A DNA stretch of 64,000 nucleotides from Planctomycetota bacterium (GTDB lineage: Bacteria; Planctomycetota; UBA1135; UBA2386): positions 6,016,001-6,080,000 of the forward strand of contig JBKAGP010000001.1 in the NCBI GenBank assembly GCA_046290465.1. The letters are read 5' to 3'. The translations under genes were made by a program, and so were the position numbers. The notes under the pieces were generated by a model. The model was not told the DNA's origin. It did no database searches and saw only the letters and a program-made list of their open reading frames with translations. Numbering within the stretch: position 1 is the stretch's first letter; the number at the start of each line of letters is the position of its first letter. Positions 18,624-28,488 of the stretch are shown here, piece by piece.

Positions 18624-18790
18624 GGCAAACGGAAGGCGGGCTGCAGGCATGGGCGGCGCCCGGGCGCGCGCCGCAGCAGGTAGTTTGCCCTGGTTCTTCG
18701 GCGCTTGTCCACTCCTTGCAGCGGCCGACGGAGCGTCTGGGCGTTCGCATCGGGCGCACCGCATCGCTACCCTGCTCGGCCCGATCGCCC

Positions 18791-20185
18791 ATGACCCACC
18801 CGCAAGTCGTCCGCGTCTACAGCACCTACCAGGACCCCGACTACGAATGCCCCTGGCAGAGCGTGGCGCCGCGCGGCAGCACCGGCTCGGGCGTGATCGT
18901 CGGCTCGCAGCGCATCCTGACCGGCGCGCACGTGGTCGCCAACGCGACCTTCGTGCAGGTGCAGAAGCAGAGCGACCCGAAGAAGTTCACCGCGCGCGTG
19001 CTGGCGATCAGCCACGACTGCGACCTGGCGCTGCTCGAGATCGAGGACAGGGCCTTCACCCGCGGCATCAAGCCGGCCGTCGTCGGCGACCTCCCCAAGC
19101 TGCGCGACGAGGTGCAGGTGGTCGGCTACCCGATCGGCGGCGAGGAGGTCTCGATCACCGAGGGCGTCGTCTCGCGCATCGAGGTGCAGCGCTACGAGCA
19201 CAGCCAGCGGCACCTGCTCGCGGTGACCGTCGACGCCGCGATCAACGAAGGCAACAGCGGCGGCCCGGTGTTCGCGCGCGGCAAGGTGGTCGGCATCGCG
19301 TTCCAGGCGCTGCCCGACGCCGAGAACGTCGGCGAGATGGTGCCGGCGCCGATCCTCAAGGTGTTCCTCGACGGCGTGAAGAAGAAGAAGCCGGCCGACG
19401 TGCCGGGCATCGGGGTGTCGACGCAGCCGCTCGAGAACCCGGCGTTGCGCAAGCACTTCGGCATGAAGAAGGCCGACAGCGGCGTGCTGGTGACCGCGGT
19501 GCAGTACGGCTCGAGCGCGTGGGGGCAGTTCGAGCCGGGCGACGTGCTGATGCAGCTGCACGGCCACAAGATCGCCGACAACGGCACCATCAAGTACCGC
19601 GGCCGCTACCGCTGCCAGTTCGACGCGCTGATCGGCGACTTCCACTGCGGCGACGAGGTCAAGGCGCGCGTGTTGCGCAAGGGCAAGGCCAAGGACGTCG
19701 AACTGCTGATGCAGCCGATGCAGTGGCTGGTGCCGCGCACCGAGTACGACCGGCGGCCGATGTGGTTCGTGTTCGGCGGGCTGGTGTTCCAGCGGGTGAC
19801 CGCCGAGTTCTTGCGCAACTGGGGCGACAACTGGTGGGACAAGGCCCCCAAGGGCCTGCTGCACGACTACTACTACGGGTTGCGGCGGCCGCAGCAGCAG
19901 GAGGTCGTGGTGCTGGCGCAGGTGCTCGCCGACGACGTCAACGTCGGCTACGAGTCGTTCGCCAACGACGCCGTGACCAGCGTCGACGGCAAGCTGCCGG
20001 TCGACATGGCCGACTTCGTCAAGCGCATGGACCGCGCCGACGGCGAGGTCGCGCTGCAGCTGGCGTCCGGGGCGACGGTGCTGCTCGACGTCGACGCGGC
20101 GCGCGCGGCCGAGGCGCGCATCCTCGACCTCTACCACCTGCCGGGGGACCGTTCGTCGGACCTGCCCAGGCGGCGGCGCCGCTGA
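18791..20185 (+). CDS. HtrA/Deg-family serine protease with PDZ domains (Deg2/Deg9-like)
   Basis: GSGVI, LTGAHVV, CDLALL, DAAINEGNSGGP; C-terminal FGGLVF PDZ-type segment; no signal peptide. Confidence 0.92.
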   Translation: MTHPQVVRVYSTYQDPDYECPWQSVAPRGSTGSGVIVGSQRILTGAHVVANATFVQVQKQSDPKKFTARVLAISHDCDLALLEIEDRAFTRGIKPAVVGDLPKLRDEVQVVGYPIGGEEVSITEGVVSRIEVQRYEHSQRHLLAVTVDAAINEGNSGGPVFARGKVVGIAFQALPDAENVGEMVPAPILKVFLDGVKKKKPADVPGIGVSTQPLENPALRKHFGMKKADSGVLVTAVQYGSSAWGQFEPGDVLMQLHGHKIADNGTIKYRGRYRCQFDALIGDFHCGDEVKARVLRKGKAKDVELLMQPMQWLVPRTEYDRRPMWFVFGGLVFQRVTAEFLRNWGDNWWDKAPKGLLHDYYYGLRRPQQQEVVVLAQVLADDVNVGYESFANDAVTSVDGKLPVDMADFVKRMDRADGEVALQLASGATVLLDVDAARAAEARILDLYHLPGDRSSDLPRRRRR

Positions 20186-20277
20186 TGTTGTCGTGGCGGC
20201 TGCGTAACGAAGCGCGCGCCCGCCGCAAGCACCCCGTCCGGCCGATCGCCGGGCACGCGCCTTGCTCCGGGCGCGGC

Positions 20278-20781
20278 ATGCGCCCCCTCGGCGTGCTGCT
20301 CGTGACCTCCCTCGCCTCGCTGTCGGCGCAGTGCGATCCGATCTGGGCCGGCGGCTACGGCTGCCCGGGCGTGGCCATGGAGGCCCGCGCGGCGACCACG
20401 TGGGACCCCGACGGCCCGGGCCCGCTCGGCGCCCACCTGGTGGTCGGCGGCTTCCTGCAGGTCGCGGGCCGCGCCGCGTGCGACAAGCTGGCGATGTGGG
20501 ATCCGCTCACGCGCACGTGGAGCGCGGTCGCGTCGCCGCCGGGCGAGGTGGCCTCGGCGCTCGCGGTGTTGCCGAACGGCGAACTGGCCGTGGCGACCCA
20601 CGCGCAGCCGTTCCCGTTCTCGGAGCCGACCGACGTCTACCGGTTCGACGGCACCAGCTGGCTCGCGATGGGCGGCACGTTCGACGAGCGCGTCGACGAG
20701 CTGCTCGTCAGCGCGACCGGCGAACTCTACGCCGCGGGCGCCTTCGCGCAGGTCGGCGGCGCTGCGATCGGCGCGTTCTGA
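20278..20781 (+). pseudogene. Probably truncated secreted beta-propeller repeat protein
   Basis: Signal peptide, WDPDGPGP motif and about 2.5 repeats (GG.F..(A/V)G...WD/FD...W), then a stop in mid-repeat. Confidence 0.5.
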
Positions 20782-20813
20782 CGATCTGCAGCTCGCCGGG
20801 AATCCTCGAGGGG

Positions 20814-20854
20814 TTGACACGAAGTGTGCTCACTGTTCTAGTTGATCTAGAACA
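20814..20854 (+). promoter_or_regulatory. Sigma-70 -35 box and YtrA-type operator palindrome
   Basis: TTGACA at 20814-20819; perfect inverted repeat TGTTCTAG-N5-CTAGAACA at 20834-20854 over the -10 region, just upstream of the GntR gene. Confidence 0.8.
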
Positions 20855-20869
20855 CTAGAGACACCTACC

Positions 20870-21274
20870 GTGATCATCCGCATCGACCCGACTTCGCCCG
20901 AACCCCTGTTCGAACAGGTGGTGTTCGCCGTAAAGGCATCCGTCGCGAAGGGTTCCGCCAATGCCGGCGACAAGCTCCCGAGCGTTCGCGAGCTGGCGCG
21001 GGAGCTCGCGATCAACCCGAACACCGTCGTGCGCGCCTACGAGGTGCTCGAGCGCGACGGCGTGATCGTGCGTCGCCAGGGAGCCGGGTGCTTCTTGACC
21101 GGCCACGGCGCCAGGAAGGAGCTGGCGACCGCCGAGCGCCGTCGCCAGCTGCACGAACTGCTGCGCCGCGCCGCGACCGAGGGCTTCCACCTCGGCTTCG
21201 ACGCCGACGAGATCGAGCGCGCGCTGCACAAGTGTCTCACCGAGTTGAAGTTCGATCCGCAGAGGAAGAAGTGA
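20870..21274 (+). CDS. GntR-family regulator, YtrA subfamily
   Basis: GDKLPSVRELARELAINPNTVVRAYEVLERDG; short C-terminus; upstream of an ABC ATPase. Confidence 0.95.
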   Translation: MIIRIDPTSPEPLFEQVVFAVKASVAKGSANAGDKLPSVRELARELAINPNTVVRAYEVLERDGVIVRRQGAGCFLTGHGARKELATAERRRQLHELLRRAATEGFHLGFDADEIERALHKCLTELKFDPQRKK

Positions 21275-22218
21275 TGACGACCCCGACGATCCGATTCGAT
21301 CAGGTGCACCGCTGGTTCGGTGCCCACCACGTGCTGCGCGGACTGAGCTTCGACGTGCAGCCCGGCACCGTCTACGCGCTGCTCGGCCGCAACGGTGCCG
21401 GCAAGACCACCGCGCTGCGGATCCTGCTCGGCTTCCTGCAGCCGCTCGCGGGCACCGCCTCGGTGTTCGGCCAGGACTGCGCGGCGCTCGGTGCCGAACA
21501 CCGCGCCCGCATCGGCTACGTCGGCGAGGAGCACCGGCTCTACCCGACGATGAGCGTCGCCGGCGCGATCGCGTTCGAGGCGGGCACGCGGCCGACGTTC
21601 CGGCGCGAGTTCGCCGAGGAGGCGGTCCGCCGCTGCGGCCTGCGCGGCAAGCAGCGCGTGCCGCTGCTGTCGCGTGGCCAGCGCGCGCAGCTGAGCCTGG
21701 TGCTCGCGGTCGCGAGCGCGCCGGAGCTGCTGATCTGCGACGACCCGGCGCTCGGGCTCGACGTAGTGATGCGGCGCGAATTCCTCGATGTGATGATCGA
21801 CCTGCTGGCCGACACCGGCTGTTCGGTGCTGTTCAGCTCGCACTTCCTCAGCGACGTCGAGCGCGTCGCCGACCACGTCGGCATCCTGCACGAGGGCCGG
21901 CTGCTGGTGGACGCGACGCTCGACGACCTCAAGCGGCGCGTGCGTCGCTGCGTGTGGTTGCCCAACGACGGCGAGGCGGCGCCGGTGGCAGGGGACGAGG
22001 TGCTGCGGGTCGGCGCCCGGCGCCAGGGGTTCGAGCTGACGCTGCTCGACGCGGGCGATGCGACGTTCGCCGACCTGCGCGCTCGCGGCGACCTGTCGGA
22101 GCCGGTCGCGCCGTCGCTGGAGGACCTGTTTCTGGACCTGACCGGGCCCGCAGAGCCAGGGCTGCTGCGCGAACCGATCGACCGGATGTTGGCCGCGCGG
22201 GCCGGAGGTGTGCGATGA
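21274..22218 (+). CDS. ABC transporter ATP-binding protein
   Basis: Walker A GRNGAGKT; signature LSRGQ; Walker B LLICDDP; SSH switch. Confidence 0.93.
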   Translation: MTTPTIRFDQVHRWFGAHHVLRGLSFDVQPGTVYALLGRNGAGKTTALRILLGFLQPLAGTASVFGQDCAALGAEHRARIGYVGEEHRLYPTMSVAGAIAFEAGTRPTFRREFAEEAVRRCGLRGKQRVPLLSRGQRAQLSLVLAVASAPELLICDDPALGLDVVMRREFLDVMIDLLADTGCSVLFSSHFLSDVERVADHVGILHEGRLLVDATLDDLKRRVRRCVWLPNDGEAAPVAGDEVLRVGARRQGFELTLLDAGDATFADLRARGDLSEPVAPSLEDLFLDLTGPAEPGLLREPIDRMLAARAGGVR

Positions 22219-24173
22219 ACGGGTTGCTGCGCAAGGACTGGCCGTGGCTTTGGACCATGGCGTTCGGCGGCGCGCTCGCGCTCGGCATGGTGGCGGCCAG
22301 CCAGGGCTTCCTGCAGCTGTTCGTGATGACCCCCGGCCGCTCGGAGGACCTGTTCTACACGGCGGGTTCGATGGGGCTGTTCGTCGGCGCGTTCGCGGGC
22401 ATCTGGGATCCGCTGCTCGGGACGCGCGAGTTCCTGCGGCACCGACCGGTCTCGACGGCGCAGCTCGCCAGCGCCCCGTTGCGCGCGGTCGGCCTCGTGC
22501 TGCTGACGTGGACGCTGCTGGTGCCGCCGGTCGCCTGGGTGGTGGCGTCGTTCTGGAGCGGCTTGTTCGAGCCGGGCCACTGGGCCGGCTACTGGGAGAT
22601 CGTCGCGGCGGTCGCGATCGCGTGGCCGGCGGCCGCCGTCGGCTGCGCGGCGGTCGCGCTGCCGGCACCGTGGTGGACGCGGCTTGCGTTCGGGGCAGCC
22701 GGCGCGCTGGTCGTCGGCTTCGTCGTCGACCGCGGCTCGCAGACCGACGGGCCGTTCGCCGATGCCTCCGTCTACGCCGCGCTGTGCGTCGGCCTGGCGG
22801 TGCCGTTGTTCTGGCTGGCGCGCGACGCCGGCCGGCTGCAGGCCGACCGCGATGCGCCATGGACGCCGCGCACCACCGCGATCCACGGCGGCGCGCTGGC
22901 GTTGACGCTGGGCCTGCTGTTCGCCGGCGTCGCGCTCGACGGGCAGAAGATCGCGCTGCACGAACTGCAGGGCGCCTACCCGCAGCTGTCGCTGGTCGGT
23001 CGCGAGGTCGTGCTGTGGCATCGGGGCGAGCACTGGCGCGACCGCGTGATCTGCGACGCGCAGCACGCAGAGACCGATGCAAAGCTGTCGCCGGACAACG
23101 ACGACCGGCTGCGGTTCCGCGAGCCGCGGCCGCGCTCGCTGTTCGAGATCGAAGCGCCCCGTTGGCACCGTCACGGCCACATCGCCTACGACTTCGGCCT
23201 CGGCGACGGCGTGACGCTGCTGGTCGACCATGCCGGCCGTTCGTGGGGCTACCTCAACAAGGAGCGGCGCCTGGTCGCGATCCAGCGTGACGGCCGGGAG
23301 GGCGAGCCGACGTTCTCGCCGGGCAGCGAGCTCGAGCACCTCGAAGACCTCGACCTGCGAGCCACCCGGCGTCGCACCGCGTTCGTCGTCGATGCGGCCG
23401 ACGGTTCGCTGTGGCAGTTCGACCGCAGCAAGGGCGCGTTCGTCGCGTTTGCGCTGCCGGGCGGCGATCGCTTCCGTAGCCGCGGCTACCTGCGGCTCGG
23501 GCAGGACGTCGACCTGTCGGACTCGCCGCTGCTCGAGTCGGCGCTGCGTGCTGATCCGGGCGACGACGTCGAATACGTGCAGGGGGAGCGCGGCGCCTAC
23601 GCGATCCGCGGCGGTGCCTGGGTCGAGGTCCAGCTGCCGCCGCGCGAGCCGTCCGGCCCGGGGCCGATCGAGCCGGTGGTCGTCGGCGACGACCCGGTGC
23701 AGTTCGTCGTCGAGCTGCCCGAGGGCGATCGCCACGCGGCGTTCCGGCACGAGTTCCGACCGCGCACGCTGGCCGAACGGGCACACCTCGCGCATGCCAG
23801 CGCCTGGTCGCTGCTGCGGCCACCGGTGCTGCAGGTGGTCGCGTTCGCGCGCTGCCGCGCCGACGACCGCCAGCCGTCGGTGTTCGACGACCACCTGCTG
23901 CTGGACCGTTCGCGGTTCTGGCTGCTGGCGCTGTGCGTGCTCGGCGCGCTGGCGTCGGGTTGGTTCGTCCGTCGTCGGCTGCGGCGGCTCGGCGCCGACG
24001 CCGCGGTCGTGCGGTTCTGGTCGCTGGTGGCCGTCGTCACGGGCGTCGCCGGCGTCGTCGCCAGCGTGCTGTGCGTGCGGCCGCGCTCGCTGCGTCGGCC
24101 GACGATCGAGCCGGCGCCGCCGCCGCGCATTCGCACCGAGACCCGGACAAGGACCCAGGAGGTGATGTCATGA
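22215..24173 (+). CDS. Polytopic membrane protein, probable ABC permease with a large extracytoplasmic domain
   Basis: Several N-terminal TM helices, EFLRHRPVS loop, soluble middle domain, C-terminal TMs; overlaps the ATPase stop (ATGA). Confidence 0.7.
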   Translation: MNGLLRKDWPWLWTMAFGGALALGMVAASQGFLQLFVMTPGRSEDLFYTAGSMGLFVGAFAGIWDPLLGTREFLRHRPVSTAQLASAPLRAVGLVLLTWTLLVPPVAWVVASFWSGLFEPGHWAGYWEIVAAVAIAWPAAAVGCAAVALPAPWWTRLAFGAAGALVVGFVVDRGSQTDGPFADASVYAALCVGLAVPLFWLARDAGRLQADRDAPWTPRTTAIHGGALALTLGLLFAGVALDGQKIALHELQGAYPQLSLVGREVVLWHRGEHWRDRVICDAQHAETDAKLSPDNDDRLRFREPRPRSLFEIEAPRWHRHGHIAYDFGLGDGVTLLVDHAGRSWGYLNKERRLVAIQRDGREGEPTFSPGSELEHLEDLDLRATRRRTAFVVDAADGSLWQFDRSKGAFVAFALPGGDRFRSRGYLRLGQDVDLSDSPLLESALRADPGDDVEYVQGERGAYAIRGGAWVEVQLPPREPSGPGPIEPVVVGDDPVQFVVELPEGDRHAAFRHEFRPRTLAERAHLAHASAWSLLRPPVLQVVAFARCRADDRQPSVFDDHLLLDRSRFWLLALCVLGALASGWFVRRRLRRLGADAAVVRFWSLVAVVTGVAGVVASVLCVRPRSLRRPTIEPAPPPRIRTETRTRTQEVMS

Positions 24174-25960
24174 TCCGTTCGTTCGTTCGTGGTGCCGCGC
24201 TCGCCGTGCTGGCGTGCGCCGCCGTCCCCGCCCAGATCAACGCCGACGGCCCGGCGATCAGCCCGTTCCGCGGCATGCGCAAGGTCGACCAGGGCATCGA
24301 GGTGCAGGTGCTCGACGACACCTGGTACCGGCTCGAGTCGGTCGCCGGCGTCGACACCGCGACGCTGCTGCAGGAGGCCAGGCGGCTGTGCCGGCCGGGC
24401 AACGACTGGAAGCGCATTACCGAGGACCTGCCCGCCCTGCTCGACGCGATGGGGCACGAGGTCGGCACCGACGTCGACGTGCGGGTGCGCAGCCTGCAGA
24501 ACGGCAAGCTGCGCACGTTCGAGGACGTGCGCATGACCGGCGAGAACCGCCGGCGCGTCAAGGAGGCGCAGCGCGGCGGGCGCCGCGGCGCCGCCCCGGC
24601 GGTCGCCAACCGGCGCGGCGGCACGATCACGGCCGCGGCCGCGCGCGAGGACCTGCAGGTGTTCCACAAGCTGCTCGCCGAACGGTTCGCCTACCGCGAA
24701 CTGCGGCCCGTCGACCTCGACGGGCTGCTGCGCCGCATCGGCGCCGAGCTGCCCGACGACGGCCTGCCGGTCGAACGGTTCGCCGCGCAGCTCGACGGCG
24801 TGCTGCGCGCGTTCGGCGACGGCCACTCGCGGCTGCGCGGCAGCGTCGGCCGCAACGAGCGCTGGCTGCCGTTCCTGATCCAGCAGGTCGACGGCGGCTA
24901 TGCGGCGTTCGCCAGCGATCGCGACGGCTTCGTGTCCGAACGGCATCCGTTCGTGCAGGCGATCGACGGCGTGCCGATCGAGCGCTGGCTGCTCGCCGCG
25001 CGCGAACGCGTGACCAGGGGCTCCGAGGTGATGCAGCGCGGCCAGTCCGAGCGGCTGCTGCGCAACCTCTCGGAGCTGCGCCGGGCGCTGTCGCTGCCCG
25101 ATCGCGACGCGGTCGCGGTGACGCTGCGCGGCGAGTCCGGCGAGCACCGGGTCGAACTCGAGGCGTCGCGCCGCAAGCCGATGTTCGGCGCCTGGCCGCG
25201 CAAGGCGACGGCGGTGCTCGACGGCAACGTCGGCTACCTGCGCATCGAGCGCATGGAGGGGGACGAGGCTTCGCTGCGCTTTCTCGACCAGGCGATGCAG
25301 AACTTCCGTGGCACGAAGGGGCTGGTGATCGACGTTCGCGGCAACGGCGGCGGCCGCCGCGACCCGCTGCGACGGCTCGCGCCGTACTTCCTGCCCGAAG
25401 GCGAGGCGGTGGTCGGCAACGTCGCCGCGTTCCTGCTCGAGGAAGGCAAGCCGGCGCCGCCCGACGCGCTCGCCAACCGCTACCTGTACCGCGCCGACTG
25501 GGACGGTTGGAACGACCGCCAGCGCGTCGCGATCGGCGCGTTCCTGCGCGGCTTCCGGCCGTCGTGGAAGCTGCCGAAGGGCCGCTTCTCGCCGTGGCAC
25601 TTCCTGGTGCTCGATCGCAGCGACAACGAAATGGCGTTCCACTACGACCGGCCGGTCGTGGTGCTGATCGACCGCGGCTGCTTCTCGGCGACCGACATCT
25701 TCGCCGGCGCCCTGCAGGCGATCGACACGGTCACGGTGGTGGGGGAGCGCTCGGCGGGCGGCAGCGGCCGCGCGCGCGGCTACCAGCTGCCCAACAGCGG
25801 CGTGCGCCTGCAGCTGTCGACGATGGCGTCGTTCCGCCCCGACGGCACGCTCTACGAAGGCCACGGCGTCGCGCCCGACGTCGAGGTCGTGACCCGGGCG
25901 ACGGACCTGATCGGGCGGACCGACACGGCACTGGCGCGGGCACTCGAGTTGCTACGGTAG
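24170..25960 (+). CDS. Secreted S41-family peptidase
   Basis: Signal peptide; DGHS; VGYLRI; LVIDVRGNGGG; CFSATD (catalytic Ser); GHGVAPDV. Confidence 0.88.
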   Translation: MIRSFVRGAALAVLACAAVPAQINADGPAISPFRGMRKVDQGIEVQVLDDTWYRLESVAGVDTATLLQEARRLCRPGNDWKRITEDLPALLDAMGHEVGTDVDVRVRSLQNGKLRTFEDVRMTGENRRRVKEAQRGGRRGAAPAVANRRGGTITAAAAREDLQVFHKLLAERFAYRELRPVDLDGLLRRIGAELPDDGLPVERFAAQLDGVLRAFGDGHSRLRGSVGRNERWLPFLIQQVDGGYAAFASDRDGFVSERHPFVQAIDGVPIERWLLAARERVTRGSEVMQRGQSERLLRNLSELRRALSLPDRDAVAVTLRGESGEHRVELEASRRKPMFGAWPRKATAVLDGNVGYLRIERMEGDEASLRFLDQAMQNFRGTKGLVIDVRGNGGGRRDPLRRLAPYFLPEGEAVVGNVAAFLLEEGKPAPPDALANRYLYRADWDGWNDRQRVAIGAFLRGFRPSWKLPKGRFSPWHFLVLDRSDNEMAFHYDRPVVVLIDRGCFSATDIFAGALQAIDTVTVVGERSAGGSGRARGYQLPNSGVRLQLSTMASFRPDGTLYEGHGVAPDVEVVTRATDLIGRTDTALARALELLR

Positions 25961-25965
25961 CGGGC

Positions 25966-27294
25966 ATGCTCGCTGCCCTCCCCGCGCTCGCCGCCTGCAC
26001 TGTCCTGTTTGCGCCACAGCAGGCACCAGGGCAGGAATCGCCACAGCAAAGCGCACAGAAGCCGCTCGCCGCAGCGCTGGCGGTCGCGGTCGACGCGGCC
26101 ACGCCGGCCGAGCGGCGGGCCAAGGTCGACGACCTGCTGACGATCTCGAGCGACGTCGACGCGTGGCTCGAGGCCTGCCGCACGTTCGGCAGCTTCGCGC
26201 AGCTCGAGGCGGGCCCGCACCAGCACGTGGTCGAGCTGTCGGTGCTCCAAGAGGTCGAGAAGACCGAACTGCACGTCTACGTGCCGCGCCGCTACGACCC
26301 GAGCAAGCCGGCGCCGCTGCTGATCTGGCTGCACGGCTCGGGCGGCAGCGGCGCGGGCCAGCACGGGCATTGGCAGCAGGTCAGCGAGCAGCTCGGCATG
26401 CTGGTGCTGGCGCCGACCGAGCCGATCGAGACGGTCTACGCCAAGACGCCGCGCGAGCGCGCGTCGGTGCTGGCGGCGCTGCGCTGGCTGCGGCGGCGCG
26501 CCAACGTCGACGAGAACGGGATCTTCGTCGGCGGCTGGTCGCGCGGCGGCCACCTGGCGTGGGACCTGGCGCTGCGCTTCCCCGACCGCTTCGCCGGCCT
26601 CGCGCCGTGTGTCGGCGGCCCGCGCATCGAGCTCGGTCCGGGCAACAACATCCGCTACCTCGAGAACGTGCGCCACCTGCCGATCCGCGACCTGCAGGGC
26701 AGCCGCGACGACGAGCGGCTGCTGATGAACCTGCGGCTGGCGTTCAAGCAGCTCGAGAAGTGGCGGAGCAAGGACGCCGAACTGATCGAGTTCCCCGAGC
26801 TCGGCCACAGCGCCGAGCTCGGCGCGGTCGACTGGGCGACGTTCTTCCAGAAGCGCCGTGAGCCGTGGCCGAAGCGGGTCGTGCGGCTCGTCGCCGAGCC
26901 CTCGGAGGCCCGCAGCGCCTGGCTCGAGCTGACCGGCCTGCGCCGCAAGGTGCAGGTCGAGGCCCAGCCGCAGGTGGCGGCCGCGCGCTGGCAGCGCATG
27001 GACGAGATGCAGAAGCGCGCCTTCCTGGTCAAGGCGCTCGGCAGCTACACCGCGCGGGTGCAGATCGAGGACAAGGGCAAGGGCCGGTTCGTTGCCGACG
27101 GTTCGGGGGTCACCAGGTTCGCGCTGCTGCTGCAGAAGGACCAGCTGGGCAAGGGCGGCAAGGTCGAGGTGCGGCTCAAGCGCAGCAAGCCGATCCGCAA
27201 GGTCGGCACGCCGTCGGCTCGGGTGCTGTTGCAGGACTTCGTCGAGCGGTTCGACCGGGCGCGCCTGCCGGTCGTGCGCATCGACGTGCCGTAG
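25966..27294 (+). CDS. Secreted alpha/beta-hydrolase (esterase/PHB-depolymerase-like)
   Basis: YVPRRYDPSKPAPLLIWLHGSGG; nucleophile GWSRGG; GSRDD; ELGH. Confidence 0.85.
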   Translation: MLAALPALAACTVLFAPQQAPGQESPQQSAQKPLAAALAVAVDAATPAERRAKVDDLLTISSDVDAWLEACRTFGSFAQLEAGPHQHVVELSVLQEVEKTELHVYVPRRYDPSKPAPLLIWLHGSGGSGAGQHGHWQQVSEQLGMLVLAPTEPIETVYAKTPRERASVLAALRWLRRRANVDENGIFVGGWSRGGHLAWDLALRFPDRFAGLAPCVGGPRIELGPGNNIRYLENVRHLPIRDLQGSRDDERLLMNLRLAFKQLEKWRSKDAELIEFPELGHSAELGAVDWATFFQKRREPWPKRVVRLVAEPSEARSAWLELTGLRRKVQVEAQPQVAAARWQRMDEMQKRAFLVKALGSYTARVQIEDKGKGRFVADGSGVTRFALLLQKDQLGKGGKVEVRLKRSKPIRKVGTPSARVLLQDFVERFDRARLPVVRIDVP

Positions 27295-27304
27295 CGGGCA
27301 CGCC

Positions 27305-27345
27305 GCGGCGATCTCGCGGCGGCGATCTCGCGGCGATCTCGCGGC
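27305..27345. repeat. Short tandem repeat, GCGGCGATCTC x3
   Basis: Three copies seen directly downstream of the hydrolase stop codon. Confidence 0.7.
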
Positions 27346-27402
27346 GGCTGGGGGGCGCGACGCCCCTCGTCGTTCCTTCATCCAATTCGGGGACGACTCT
27401 GT

Positions 27403-27417
27403 TGAGACCGCGTCTCA
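27403..27417 (+). promoter_or_regulatory. Palindromic operator, Fur-box-like
   Basis: TGAGAC-CGC-GTCTCA, 21 nt upstream of apbE; resembles the 7-1-7 TGAGAAT-N-ATTCTCA type of Fur site. Confidence 0.5.
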
Positions 27418-27438
27418 GTATCGTTAGCGTGCCGCCCC

Positions 27439-28488
27439 GTGATGTGCGCCCGGTATTCCCTGACCCCCACCCTGCTCGCCTCTTGCGTGGCCGTCTGCGG
27501 CTGCGCGGTCGGCGAACGGGTGGGGGAGACGGGATCGCCGCCGGCCACCGTCGACCGGCTGGTGGTCGCGATGGGCACCTCGCTGCAGCTCGAGGTCGTC
27601 GCCGCGGATCGGGCCCAGGCGCTGCAGGCCTCGGAGGCGGCGGTGCGCGCGGTCGAGTCCGCCGAGCAGCGCCTGTCGAGCTGGCGGCCCGACTCGGAAC
27701 TGTCGCGGTTCGTCGCGACTCCGGTCGGTGCGCCGTTCGCCGCGAGCGCGGCGCTGTGTGACGAGCTGCGGCGCGCCGTGACGTGGGCGCGCGCCACCGA
27801 CGGCGCGTTCGACCCGACCATCGGCGCGCTGGTCGAGGCCTACGACCTGCGTGGCGCCGGTCGCTGGCCGACGGCCGCGGAGCTCGCCGCCGCGCGCCGC
27901 CGCTGCGGCATCGACGGGCTGCAGATCGCGGCCGGCGAACTGCGCCGCGCGACCGACCTGCAGCTCGACGCCGGCGCGTTCGGCAAGGGGGCCGGACTCG
28001 ACGCGGCGACCGACGCGGCGCTCGCCGCGGGGGCGACCGCGGTCACCTTCGACTTCGGCGGCCAGCTGCACGTCGCCGGCGCCGCGGCGCCGCGCTCGAT
28101 CGAGCTCGCCGATCCACGTGACCGCGCGCGCCCGGCCCTGCGCATCGCAGGCCTGCGCGGCAGCGTCGCGACCACCGGCAACGAGCAGCGGCGGCGCGTC
28201 GTCGACGCGGGCGCGCTCGGCCACCTGCTCGATCCGCGCAGCGGCCGGCCGGCGGCCGACTTCGGTTCGGTCACGATCGTGGCCGAGCGCGCCCTCGACG
28301 CCGACTGCCTGTCGACCGCCTGCTTCGTGCTCGGGCCGGACGCGGCGATCGCCTTCGCCGAGCAGCACGACGGCGTCGAAGCCGTCGTGCTGCTCGCCAC
28401 CGAACGGCCGCGCCGCCTGACGGCGCGCGTCTCCAGCGGCCTGCGCGCCTCGGTCGCGCCGCTGCTGCCAGAACTGACCATCCAATGA
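27439..28488 (+). CDS. apbE: FAD:protein FMN transferase
   Basis: AMGT; SSWRPDSELSR; TDGAFDPTIGAL; DAGAFGKG; DFGG; HLLDPRSG; ADCLSTA; lipoprotein-like leader. Confidence 0.92.
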   Translation: MMCARYSLTPTLLASCVAVCGCAVGERVGETGSPPATVDRLVVAMGTSLQLEVVAADRAQALQASEAAVRAVESAEQRLSSWRPDSELSRFVATPVGAPFAASAALCDELRRAVTWARATDGAFDPTIGALVEAYDLRGAGRWPTAAELAAARRRCGIDGLQIAAGELRRATDLQLDAGAFGKGAGLDAATDAALAAGATAVTFDFGGQLHVAGAAAPRSIELADPRDRARPALRIAGLRGSVATTGNEQRRRVVDAGALGHLLDPRSGRPAADFGSVTIVAERALDADCLSTACFVLGPDAAIAFAEQHDGVEAVVLLATERPRRLTARVSSGLRASVAPLLPELTIQ

